NCBI RefSeq assembly: GCF_040267455.1
Contig: NZ_CP158308.1
DNA: 24,000 nucleotides
Strand: one strand, 5' to 3'
From: Escherichia coli
GTDB lineage: Bacteria > Pseudomonadota > Gammaproteobacteria > Enterobacterales > Enterobacteriaceae
Part shown: piece after piece, positions 11,927-20,396 of the stretch
Position numbering within the stretch: position 1 is the stretch's first letter
Layout: every line of letters begins with the position of its first letter
Position numbers and translations under genes: made by a program
The notes under the pieces: model-generated
Seen by the model: only the letters and a program-made list of their open reading frames with translations
Told to the model about the DNA's origin: nothing
Database searches by the model: none

Positions 11927-13120
11927 ATGCCACTTACTGTTCGACAAATTGAGTCGGCTAAACCTGCTGACAAGGATTACAAACTTTCTGACGGTCAGGG
12001 CCTTTATCTTCTTGTCAAAAAATCCGGTGCCCGTTACTGGAATCTGAAGTACCGGTTTGCCGGTAAGGAAAAGAAACTGGTGATTGGTGTCTATCCTGAC
12101 ATATCACTGGCTCAGGCTCGTCAGAAGCGGGATGAAGCACGTAAACTTCTGGCTGAAGGTAAAGATCCGTCGTATGAAAAACAGGCGCGAAAACTTGCCA
12201 TCAGGGAAAGTATGGCCTGCACATTTCGCACCATTGCAGAGGAGCTGCTTACTCATATGGCACGTCGATGGACAACAGGTTACCAGGCAGACCAGCGTGC
12301 AAGACTTGAAAATCATGTTTTCCCTGCTCTTGGAAACCGTCCTGTGACCGGGATCCGCCCCATGGAAATACTGAACGTCCTGAGGACTATAGAAGAACAG
12401 GGAAAACTTGAAGCACTGCGTAAAACACGCCAGCTCTGTGCGCAGGTTTTTGATTATGCCATAGCAACAGGGCGTGCAACCGTTAATCCGGCATCGACAC
12501 TCAGCGGGGTACTGCTTCCTCCTGAAAAACAACAGCGCAGGACGCTTTCTGAAGAACAGATAGGAGCTTTCATGTATCAGATAACGGCTTCCGGAAATCT
12601 GATGTCGCTGGCAACGCGGATGCTGGTTCTGACCGCTGTTCGCACCGGAGAACTGCGACTGGCAACCTGGGACGAAATTAATTTCACGGAGGCCCTGTGG
12701 GTTATTCCGAAAGAAAGAATGAAAATGCGACGACCGCACGTTGTGCCGCTTTCACGGCAGGTACTGGCGTTACTGGAGGAGATAAAAACACGCACTGAAT
12801 CGCGTAATTCCGCCTTTATTATTCCTGGTGCATTCAGAAAAGATCTCCCGCGAAACCGCAAGTGTATCAATGAATTCCTTGAGCAGTCAGGCTGGCATGC
12901 CCTGACAACAGCCCACGGATTTCGTCATACCTTCAGCACCATTCTCCATGACCATGATTTCAGCTCAGCCTGGATTGAACTCCAGCTTGCTCATGTTGAT
13001 AAAAACGTCATGCGTGGCACTTATAACCATGCGCAATATCTGGATGGACGTCGTGAAATGATGCAGTGGTACGCTGATTACATTGATTCACTTATGGAGA
13101 AAAACGTAAAAACGAAATAA
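11927..13120 (+). CDS. P4-type tyrosine recombinase / prophage-island integrase
   Basis: 397 aa. N-terminal DUF4102-like region (MPLTVRQIESAKPADKDYKLSDGQGLYLLVKKSGARYWNLKYRF). Catalytic motifs TAVRTGEL, HGFRHTFSTILHD, LAHVDKNVMRGTYNHAQY. The first gene after the backbone. Confidence 0.95.
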   Translation: MPLTVRQIESAKPADKDYKLSDGQGLYLLVKKSGARYWNLKYRFAGKEKKLVIGVYPDISLAQARQKRDEARKLLAEGKDPSYEKQARKLAIRESMACTFRTIAEELLTHMARRWTTGYQADQRARLENHVFPALGNRPVTGIRPMEILNVLRTIEEQGKLEALRKTRQLCAQVFDYAIATGRATVNPASTLSGVLLPPEKQQRRTLSEEQIGAFMYQITASGNLMSLATRMLVLTAVRTGELRLATWDEINFTEALWVIPKERMKMRRPHVVPLSRQVLALLEEIKTRTESRNSAFIIPGAFRKDLPRNRKCINEFLEQSGWHALTTAHGFRHTFSTILHDHDFSSAWIELQLAHVDKNVMRGTYNHAQYLDGRREMMQWYADYIDSLMEKNVKTK

Positions 13121-13128
13121 GCCATCAC

Positions 13129-13155
13129 CCCCACCAACCACAGCGGTTGGTGGGG
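13129..13155. terminator. Strong stem-loop downstream of integrase, possible terminator
   Basis: CCCCACCAACC (13129-13139), ACAGC loop, GGTTGGTGGGG (13145-13155): perfect 11-bp stem. The U-tract is weak, so terminator function is uncertain. Confidence 0.5.
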
Positions 13156-13486
13156 AGTTAACTACCATTTGTATTTTTTGATTTCTGCCTTCAGGCGACA
13201 TACTCAATATCATCTGATGAGCGAAGATACCCCACCCAAAATGATGGTAGCTTCACATCGTCATTTTCATATAGCAGCACACTGCTGTTCTGACCTCGTA
13301 GTCACATTTCTACAGCATCATTACCAGTCAGGCTGATTGCTCCTCATTGAAAGAATGAATCCATGACTAACACAAAAATAGCTCTGGCCGGCTGTTACCG
13401 GTGTGAGAAGAAACTTGATACAAACTGCCGTGGGCTTTTTTCTTGGAGAACTATAAGTTTTTCCAGATTTACAACAGATTCAGCAT

Positions 13487-14542
13487 ATGAACAGATTACG
13501 CTTTGAAGTGAAGAATAATCAGGGCTGCTTCATTTTCCCGGAAACCTGGTATGAATCACTACTGGAGAAGTTTAACGAACTGCTTGACTCCTTTGACGAG
13601 GATGAGATCAGCGACAGGTCTTATATCAATGCCCTGAAGCGTATCACACAACAGGAACCGGATTTTATTGATGCGTATGCATACATGGCATATGCCTTTC
13701 TGGAGCAGGAGACACCGCGAAAAGCGCTGAATATTGCACTCAAAGGACTGGCGGCAGGTAACCGACTGATACCTGAAGGTTTCACCGGTGAAATCAGCTG
13801 GTTACATCCGGAAAACAGGCCCTTTCTGAATGCCCTTTACGCCGCCATCCTCGCGAATGTGCACCTGCAGCATCATCAGAATGCTGTCATGCTCATTGAT
13901 AAAATTCTGGCTTACAATCCTTCAGATAATCCGGGAGCACGCTGGTTACTGGGACCGGAACTGTTGCGTTCTGGTGACCATGAACGGGCTCTCTGTGTTC
14001 TCCGGCAGTATGCAGATGAATTTTCGCCTTACTGGTATGAGCTTGGTCTTCTGCATTTTATTAATGGAGAGCCGGTGAAGGCAGCGACAGCTTTCCGGCG
14101 CGGCTTTGCAGAAAATACTTATATCGCGGAGATTCTATGCGGAAATCTGTACCCCTTCCCGCTTGCCCTTTGGCATGATTATTCATCTGAGCCGGATACA
14201 GCCAGACAGTATTATGAAACATTCTGCCCGTTATGGGGAAAATATCCCGAGGCATTGTTATTTGTTAACTGGCTCTACAACCAGTCTGGCGTACTGAGCG
14301 AACGGGCTGAATTCATGAAGTGTGCTGAAATGCTGTTAAGGGCAGATGATCAGGAAATGAATGAAAGCATTTTTCAGCAGCGGGAGCTCTTACGGGAAAG
14401 AATTGATGATCGTCTTTCTGAGGAAATCGTTCAGAAATTACGGACATTGAACGGGGAGGAGATCTGGCCCTGGATGTTACCGTTTTCCGGAGAACTGATC
14501 CCCGCAGACATTTGCTTTCAGAACAGTCTGAAATATCAGTAA
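13487..14542 (+). CDS. Tetratricopeptide-repeat-like hypothetical protein
   Basis: 351 aa helical protein with TPR-like segments (PDFIDAYAYMAYAFLEQETPRKALNIALKGL, ERALCVLRQYADEFSPYWYELGLLHFINGEPVKAATAFRRGF). Confidence 0.65.
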   Translation: MNRLRFEVKNNQGCFIFPETWYESLLEKFNELLDSFDEDEISDRSYINALKRITQQEPDFIDAYAYMAYAFLEQETPRKALNIALKGLAAGNRLIPEGFTGEISWLHPENRPFLNALYAAILANVHLQHHQNAVMLIDKILAYNPSDNPGARWLLGPELLRSGDHERALCVLRQYADEFSPYWYELGLLHFINGEPVKAATAFRRGFAENTYIAEILCGNLYPFPLALWHDYSSEPDTARQYYETFCPLWGKYPEALLFVNWLYNQSGVLSERAEFMKCAEMLLRADDQEMNESIFQQRELLRERIDDRLSEEIVQKLRTLNGEEIWPWMLPFSGELIPADICFQNSLKYQ

Positions 14543-14643
14543 TATCTGCACCAGGATGCCATTCCGGGGTCAGTAAGGATCTTCCCCCTGACCTGGACAA
14601 ATGTAATGAAACTCAGCTAAGCCCCAGAAGAGCAGGCATATAG

Positions 14644-15024
14644 TCAACCGAGGTCGCTGCAATAAACCATCGCGCTTTGATTCCCCCGATGAAGAGGTGA
14701 CTGGCAGCGACTTCCTGAGCGACGACTTGTCTTTCCATCAATAGCGACTACCTGAGAAGATAAAACAGGAAGGACTTCTGAACCCCATCGCCGGAACGCA
14801 GCTTCAAACTGCTCAGGGACAATCAGCCCAAAAAGACGGGCGAATGTATCATGGGAAGGTATGCCATTTTTTAGAGGTAAAAAACTGGCGGAGCCACTCA
14901 ATGCGTTGCCTGCCCAGAGCTCAATTTCCTGAAAATTATCCGCACCGACCAGCACACCACAAACGGCAATGGTCAATGTATCAACCAGAGTGTGCCTGAC
15001 TTGTCCAGGGCTGACAGGGATCAT
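14644..15024 (-). pseudogene. ISAs1-family (H-repeat-associated) transposase, truncated N-terminal part
   Basis: DTLTIAVCGVLVGADNFQEIELWA...NGIPSHDTFARLF...FRRWGSEVLPVLSSQVVAIDGKTSRRS matches the ISAs1/H-rpt N-terminal half. Homology ends just after the DGKTSRRS motif. Confidence 0.85.
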
Positions 15025-15586
15025 GTATTGAGATGAATATATCGGTAACCGGCGGTATATGAGACATAATATATCCCTTTGATAAAAAAGGTTATGTTGA
15101 CATATTTATCCTGCATGTCACGTATCATTATTTTTCATGCGATTGCCCTGCGGTTACCACCGCTCACAGTTAGTAAAGGACTGGGCGGAAGTGGTCAATA
15201 TAAGGTTGCATTACCTTCCTCCTTATAGTCCGAATCTGAATCCGATTGAACGGATGTGGAAAAATGCTGCTTAATAGTATTGATGTTCATCTTTATGCCT
15301 CTAAAAGAAAGCATAAGATCACAACAGGCTCAGCAGGTCAATCACTCTATTTTTGTTCAAAAAACGTTCATGATCTTGCCCTACCCAATTTTGTGGGTAA
15401 GGATATGCGATGAAATTCTCCTTGCAGTTTAATACAACCTTTCCATATTAAGCGGCAGTATTACCTGCCAGTCAGGATAATTTTACACCTAATGTTAGTT
15501 AAAATTTGTGCAACTTGAAACAATAATACTACAGTATCCACTATCGTCAGCACACCTCAAATACTATTTTTTATGAAACGTTTATT

Positions 15587-16243
15587 TTATAAATCATTAT
15601 CAATCAAACTCAGGAATGTATCTCTGGCATAATTACCAACGATGTTGGTTGTTATCGCATCAAGACTACCACCAACGATTCCTCCTACAACAGGAACAAA
15701 CTTTGACATATTAATAACACCAGTAGCACCTGTTTTTGTAAGCAGTCTGAAACCGACTGCCTTATTTATCTTTACAATAATATCTTTACTAATACATCTA
15801 ATTGCATTTGTTGTCAACTTTTGTCCTATCTGAATTCCTGCTTCCTTCAAAATATCTTTCGCAGCATTACCTACAAGACAGGTATAAACAATAGTTCTGA
15901 CTTTATCATCACGAATATCCTGGCCACACATGATCGCAATAGATGCAACCATCCTGACCTGAATGAAAAGGACACTTGAAATATTGGTCGGTATAGTTAC
16001 TGGTAATGTAATAATTCCTCCAAGACCAGTAAGAAAACCTGATGTGGCTGACTTGGTATTTTGCCATCGAATAAGGCTATTTATCTGTTCTTTTAAATTA
16101 CTACCCGTTTTCAGATAACTTTCCGCAAGACTATGTGCCGTATCAATTCCTGGGATACCAATACCATCGATGGATTTTTCATAAGCGTAATCCAGAAATT
16201 TTATGATTTTTGATGGCGTGAGAATATTTTCATTATCAGTCAT
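15587..16243 (-). CDS. EcsC-domain family protein
   Basis: About 218 aa from MTDNENILTPSKII. Contains LTGLGGIITLPVTIPTNISSVLFIQVRMVASIAIMCG and a C-terminal KFVPVVGGIVGGSLDAITTNIVGNYARDTF typical of EcsC-type proteins. Confidence 0.75.
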   Translation of the reverse strand: MTDNENILTPSKIIKFLDYAYEKSIDGIGIPGIDTAHSLAESYLKTGSNLKEQINSLIRWQNTKSATSGFLTGLGGIITLPVTIPTNISSVLFIQVRMVASIAIMCGQDIRDDKVRTIVYTCLVGNAAKDILKEAGIQIGQKLTTNAIRCISKDIIVKINKAVGFRLLTKTGATGVINMSKFVPVVGGIVGGSLDAITTNIVGNYARDTFLSLIDNDL

Positions 16244-16334
16244 ACAACAAAACACCTAAAAATTTCACGATCACTTTCTAAAAACTATCTCCGACAGATA
16301 TCGGAACACCAGTATTATCACCAATTAAATAATA

Positions 16335-16526
16335 TTATTTTTTGAGAAACAATTGTATTGCTCTGGCAAAAAGATTTTCTGTAATTGTAGCCTTACGTTT
16401 ATAAATAACTTTCTCTCCACACACAGGACATTCATAAAATCCTGCTGTACAATTCATATGAATAATAGTTTTACTCCATTGACAATTTGTACAGATAAAT
16501 GTAATGGGTGGACAGGGAAAAATCAT
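16335..16526 (-). CDS. Small zinc-ribbon-like protein (CxxC...CxxC)
   Basis: MIFPCPPITFICTNCQWSKTIIHMNCTAGFYECPVCGEKVIYKRKATITENLFARAIQLFLKK has paired CTNC and CPVC motifs. The ORF track extends to 16556. Confidence 0.6.
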   Translation of the reverse strand: MIFPCPPITFICTNCQWSKTIIHMNCTAGFYECPVCGEKVIYKRKATITENLFARAIQLFLKK

Positions 16527-16616
16527 TGGCTCACACTCTCGATATATAAATAACACTTACAGGGACATGTAAATATTTTCGATTTATCCCTATAAAAATA
16601 ACTTCACCTCCAGTAA

Positions 16617-16970
16617 TCAATTCAGTTCTGTAAGACGATCGATTATTTTACGTAGTTCATCTGCAGAATCACATGTATCCAGTGAAATTTTTATTCTAAA
16701 ATTCTTTAACCAATTAGCAGCCTCCTGATCTTCACGCCATAAACGCTCCCCGCTCCAATCCCCCCTAAAACATAGAGCAGCAATAGCCAATCCTCTGCAT
16801 GCTGGCCGATTATGCTCAGATGTATTATTTTGGTTATAAAAATCGTTAATTCTTTCTACCGGAGATGATTTTATTTTATCCCACACATTGAAATTAGCTT
16901 TTTTCATCGTTTCAGCAGCAGCATTAGAAGCAAGCTTACCGAATCCCATTATAGCATCCCAAAATCCCAT
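16617..16970 (-). CDS. Hypothetical protein, 117 aa, first gene of the minus-strand EcsC cluster
   Basis: Open frame MGFWDAIMGFGKLASNAAAETMKKANFNVWDKIKSSPVERINDFY... on the same strand as the next two genes. No recognised domain. Confidence 0.55.
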   Translation of the reverse strand: MGFWDAIMGFGKLASNAAAETMKKANFNVWDKIKSSPVERINDFYNQNNTSEHNRPACRGLAIAALCFRGDWSGERLWREDQEAANWLKNFRIKISLDTCDSADELRKIIDRLTELN

Positions 16971-17182
16971 ATATCACCTTATGCTATATAATATCTAAAT
17001 GAGTATCTAATCTTTTAGAACCACTATTTGGACAATGGTTTTACGCCACTTACATCTGGTACAAATGAATGTAACCGGGGGCTGAGGAAGTGCCATGAAG
17101 GTACGTGTCTGTTGTATTAAACTATCAAATCAGACCACACGCTGCGATTTTGAATTTAACAACGTGTAGTCAGATATTACAT

Positions 17183-17932
17183 TCAGAAGCTGTATGTAGC
17201 ACCTAACGTAAATTCGTTACTTCTGACATCAACAGAGGATTTATATGTATCCTGCCCGTCTTCATACGTCAGGGTTGAATCACCTGCATCAAGATAGCGA
17301 TAAGCAAGGTCAAGACTGAAATCCGGGGTGACCTCATATTTCACGCCAACACCAAGGCTCCATGCGAAATTGTTATCATATCCCGAGTAATGTAATGAAG
17401 AAGCATCACTTACTTCACCTGATTTATTCCAGGAGGTATCGGTGTATGTTGCCTTATGATGTACCCGCGCATAACCCAGTCCGGCTGATACCCACGGAGT
17501 GAAAGCACTGCTGTTTCTGAAATCATAATACGTGTTCACCATCAGGGTATTCACGCTGAGCCTGTTTTGTGTGTCTTCCTTCCAACCATTATCTCCAGAC
17601 GGGGACTCCCATGTATCCAGTGGATAGCGGGAATTCGCAGAGCCGCGACCATAGAATTCAACTTCCGTGCGTACAGGGACATTGTAGTGCTGATAAAAGT
17701 CGTATCCCACCGCAAGGCCAGCACCAAAAACCGTATCGCTCTTGTCACCGCCTTTATACTTATAAACATCATCCCCAAAGTCCTGACTAAAGCGCTGATT
17801 ATCCTGAGTGATAACAGATGCACCAGCCTTACCCGTGATATAGAAACCGGTTTTATCCGCATCTGCCAGCGTCAGCGTTGAAAACGTACCGGTAAGCGCA
17901 GCTACCGCAGTGAGTGCCAGTAACTTTTTCAC
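17183..17932 (-). CDS. Tia/Hek/Hra1-family outer-membrane beta-barrel adhesin/invasin (heat-resistant agglutinin type)
   Basis: 249 aa. Signal peptide MKKLLALTAVAALTGTFSTLTLA. OmpX/Tia-like repeated amphipathic strands (GFYITGKAGASVITQ, FTPWVSAGLGYARVHHKATY, FAWSLGVGVKYEVTPDFSLDLAYRYLDAG). C-terminal aromatic FTLGATYSF. Confidence 0.82.
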   Translation of the reverse strand: MKKLLALTAVAALTGTFSTLTLADADKTGFYITGKAGASVITQDNQRFSQDFGDDVYKYKGGDKSDTVFGAGLAVGYDFYQHYNVPVRTEVEFYGRGSANSRYPLDTWESPSGDNGWKEDTQNRLSVNTLMVNTYYDFRNSSAFTPWVSAGLGYARVHHKATYTDTSWNKSGEVSDASSLHYSGYDNNFAWSLGVGVKYEVTPDFSLDLAYRYLDAGDSTLTYEDGQDTYKSSVDVRSNEFTLGATYSF

Positions 17933-18247
17933 AATCCACCTCTCCTGATGTTTCCTTCAGACATATGAATTTGTCCAATTTTAAGACGGATTTCTCATTG
18001 GTAAAATGAATTGTACAGATCGTATCGATCGACAAAATCGATCGTTAAGCAGAAAAAAGATTTATCGTCAGCGAAGATTTGTTTATGGAAATGACTGAAA
18101 AAACGGGTTAAAAAACAGACTGTTCTGTCCATGTGAAACGGGAAGTGACGGGATAAGACGTTATGTGAGGATTGTTACGGGAAATGCTGTTTTACGTTGT
18201 TAAAATGTAACTCCGCAATGAAACTATCCCCTGTGGAGGTCCTGTAA

Positions 18248-18601
18248 ATGAACAAAGCACTCTCTTCCATTCTGCTCATCTTCGGTATCTGTGCATCATC
18301 ACTGGCCGCTGAAAAAAACAGAACCGTCAGTTTTCCACGATGTGAAGTACAGGAAGCATCAGCTGTTGCAGCCAGCGTCAAACGGGACTATCTCCAGAAA
18401 CAGGTATTTCAGTGGAAAGATGATCAGGAAATTCTCGGTCAGCAGCGTCCCGTTGTCTGGGTGAATCTTCGTGAGCCGGTAAATAAAGGTGATAATGTCA
18501 TCACAGTGCATCTCACTGCCCGTGGAAAGAAAGCAGATATTCAGTATCGTGTGCGCGTTGACTGTAAGAACGGAAGTGCTACCTGGCAACGCCAGGGATG
18601 A
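18248..18601 (+). CDS. Small exported (signal-peptide) hypothetical protein
   Basis: 117 aa. Signal peptide MNKALSSILLIFGICASSLAA. Two cysteines in the mature part (FPRCEV, VDCKNG). Confidence 0.65.
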   Translation: MNKALSSILLIFGICASSLAAEKNRTVSFPRCEVQEASAVAASVKRDYLQKQVFQWKDDQEILGQQRPVVWVNLREPVNKGDNVITVHLTARGKKADIQYRVRVDCKNGSATWQRQG

Positions 18602-18647
18602 ACGGGTGAAGTTGAATACAGAGCCCGAACGAACGGGCTCTCCATAC

Positions 18648-19220
18648 TCATCGTATATAACTGAATGCGGTGATGACGTGTTTCACCCCCGCCACGCGAC
18701 TGGCGATATCAGCAGCAGCCTGTCCTTCCTTCTCTGTAACTCTCCCCATAAGAAAGACTTCACCATTCTCCGTCAGTACCTTTACATCTGACAGTTTCAC
18801 CCTGCTGCTCTTCAGTAACTGTGCCCGGATTTTTGTGGTCAGCCACGCATCAGTAGCTGTTTTATCAGCCCGAAGTGGTTTTCCCGTCCTTATTTCATTC
18901 CATACCTGCACAGTCCCCTCAACACCATCTGCAATCTGACGGGCTTTTTCACCTGCACTACGGTCTGGTGCCTGCCCTGTCAGCAGTACAGTGCCCTGGT
19001 ATGCTGTGACGATGATTCGCGCATCCCCCCTGAGTTGTGAGTCCTTCGACAGCGCACGGCTGACCCTTGCTTCCAGAATTTCATCATCAATCTGCGTTCC
19101 CGCACTTCGGGGGTCCACTGACACTTTAGTACCCACAGCAGCCGTACCGACCAGCGCAGCGGCAACACAACCCTGTAACAGCAACAGAGTCGAAAGAAAA
19201 GGCAGAAACCAGCGTTGCAT
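18648..19220 (-). CDS. BON-domain outer-membrane lipoprotein, paralogue of DolP (YraP)
   Basis: About 190 aa from MQRWFLPFLSTLLLLQGC. Lipobox LLQGC, VAAALVGTAAVGTKVSVDPRSAGTQIDDEILEARV, and two BON domains (ARIIVTAYQGTVLLTGQ, VKVLTENGEVFLMGRVTEKEGQAAADIASRVAGVKHVITAFSYI). Confidence 0.92.
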   Translation of the reverse strand: MQRWFLPFLSTLLLLQGCVAAALVGTAAVGTKVSVDPRSAGTQIDDEILEARVSRALSKDSQLRGDARIIVTAYQGTVLLTGQAPDRSAGEKARQIADGVEGTVQVWNEIRTGKPLRADKTATDAWLTTKIRAQLLKSSRVKLSDVKVLTENGEVFLMGRVTEKEGQAAADIASRVAGVKHVITAFSYIR

Positions 19221-19543
19221 GGCAGAATCCTCCACGGTCTGATATCCGGAATTTCGCAGTATGACGGCAGGAATCAGCCATCACAGATACCACAAGCTTC
19301 AGAGAGTAACGAAAACGTTAAAGGAAACGGAAGTGCCTGAATGTAAAGAACGGGGAACCACACAGGGTATGGACAAACATAATAACAATAACAGGATGAA
19401 AATATTGAATAAAAAATAAAAACCGAGACATCATCATTTGCAGTAATAGCCACCTCCTTACCGAAAAGTGTGAGTTGCCGGACATTTTTTAAACGCATGA
19501 TAAGGTCTGATGATACAGTCACCCTGCAACCAGGAGGTACATC

Positions 19544-19837
19544 ATGCGTATACGTGTTTTTGGTTACCGGCACTGCCCTTCAGTCCATCGCATCATGCAT
19601 CACGCAACGCGAATCCCCGATGAAATGGAACCGGATGTTGTGTTTATTGATGTCGCGAAGCACAGTGTGACGCTGCGGGATATGGCTGACCGTGCAGGCT
19701 GCCCGGTGGATAACTTCCCGTGTGTGTTTGTTGATGATGTCTATCTGGAGCCCCTCCACCAGAACCGGGCAAACCGCACTTTACATACTGCTGAATATTT
19801 ATTACCGGATATGGACAATCGCTTTCATTCGGGATAA
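19544..19837 (+). CDS. Glutaredoxin/thioredoxin-fold-like small protein
   Basis: 97 aa: MRIRVFGYRHCPSVHRIMHHA...DVVFIDVAKH...GCPVDNFPCVFVDDVYLEP fits beta-CPxx-alpha, beta, cis-Pro-beta order. Confidence 0.5.
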   Translation: MRIRVFGYRHCPSVHRIMHHATRIPDEMEPDVVFIDVAKHSVTLRDMADRAGCPVDNFPCVFVDDVYLEPLHQNRANRTLHTAEYLLPDMDNRFHSG

Positions 19838-19961
19838 AAAATACTGCGCGTTCCTGGTTTATTTTGCGTTGCTGTCATGACGTGTTTGCCTTCATTGCCG
19901 GGATCGCGCACTTTTTGTTATAACTCCCCGGAGGACACTGTCTGTAATCAGATGGAAACCT

Positions 19962-20396
19962 TTATCTCAGTGATGTCCTGGTTAATACAGAATACTGCCC
20001 CGGACCAAGTAACATAATGGCAATCCCCCCCATGAAATACAGCATTTCATTTTCAAGCCCCCACGCCCCTACTTCAGTCAGTGTGAAAAACTTCCCTGTT
20101 CCGACCAGAAGCGTGGCAACAATCAGTGTCAGCGCATAAATCAGAGCAGCAGGTCTGGTAAATATCCCAAGAATGATAAGTACCGGAGCCACGATTTCAC
20201 CAATATACACACCATAGGCAATAAATCCTGGCAAACCAGCATCCTGCAACATTGATATAATCCAGTTGACACCGTGCTCTATTTTGGCCACACCATGGAA
20301 CAGCATCAATATACCAAATGTCAGTCTCAGCAACAGAAGACCTGTATCCGGGTAGTCTGTCAGTCTGGTAAAGAACATATTTATTCTTGCTGGCAT
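19962..20396 (-). CDS. DoxX family membrane protein
   Basis: 144 aa, four hydrophobic segments, DoxX-like RLTFGILMLFHGVAKIEHG...IGEIVAPVLIILGIFTRPAALIYA. Confidence 0.88.
   Translation of the reverse strand: MPARINMFFTRLTDYPDTGLLLLRLTFGILMLFHGVAKIEHGVNWIISMLQDAGLPGFIAYGVYIGEIVAPVLIILGIFTRPAALIYALTLIVATLLVGTGKFFTLTEVGAWGLENEMLYFMGGIAIMLLGPGQYSVLTRTSLR

Noticed and set aside
12104-12739. 211-aa minus-strand ORF opposite the integrase
   Set aside because: Antisense to a clear tyrosine recombinase. Cys/Phe/Ser-rich artefactual composition.
15025-15560. Possible genes in the long gap between the ISAs1 remnant and the EcsC gene
   Set aside because: Only short, frequently interrupted frames and weak imperfect hairpins. 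Nothing supportable.
18991-19242. 83-aa plus-strand ORF opposite the DolP paralogue
   Set aside because: Antisense to a confidently assigned gene.
19274-19573. 99-aa minus-strand ORF in the dolP-like/Grx-like intergenic region
   Set aside because: Cys/Phe/Tyr-rich, overlaps the start of the Grx-like gene on the opposite strand, no domain. Likely spurious.
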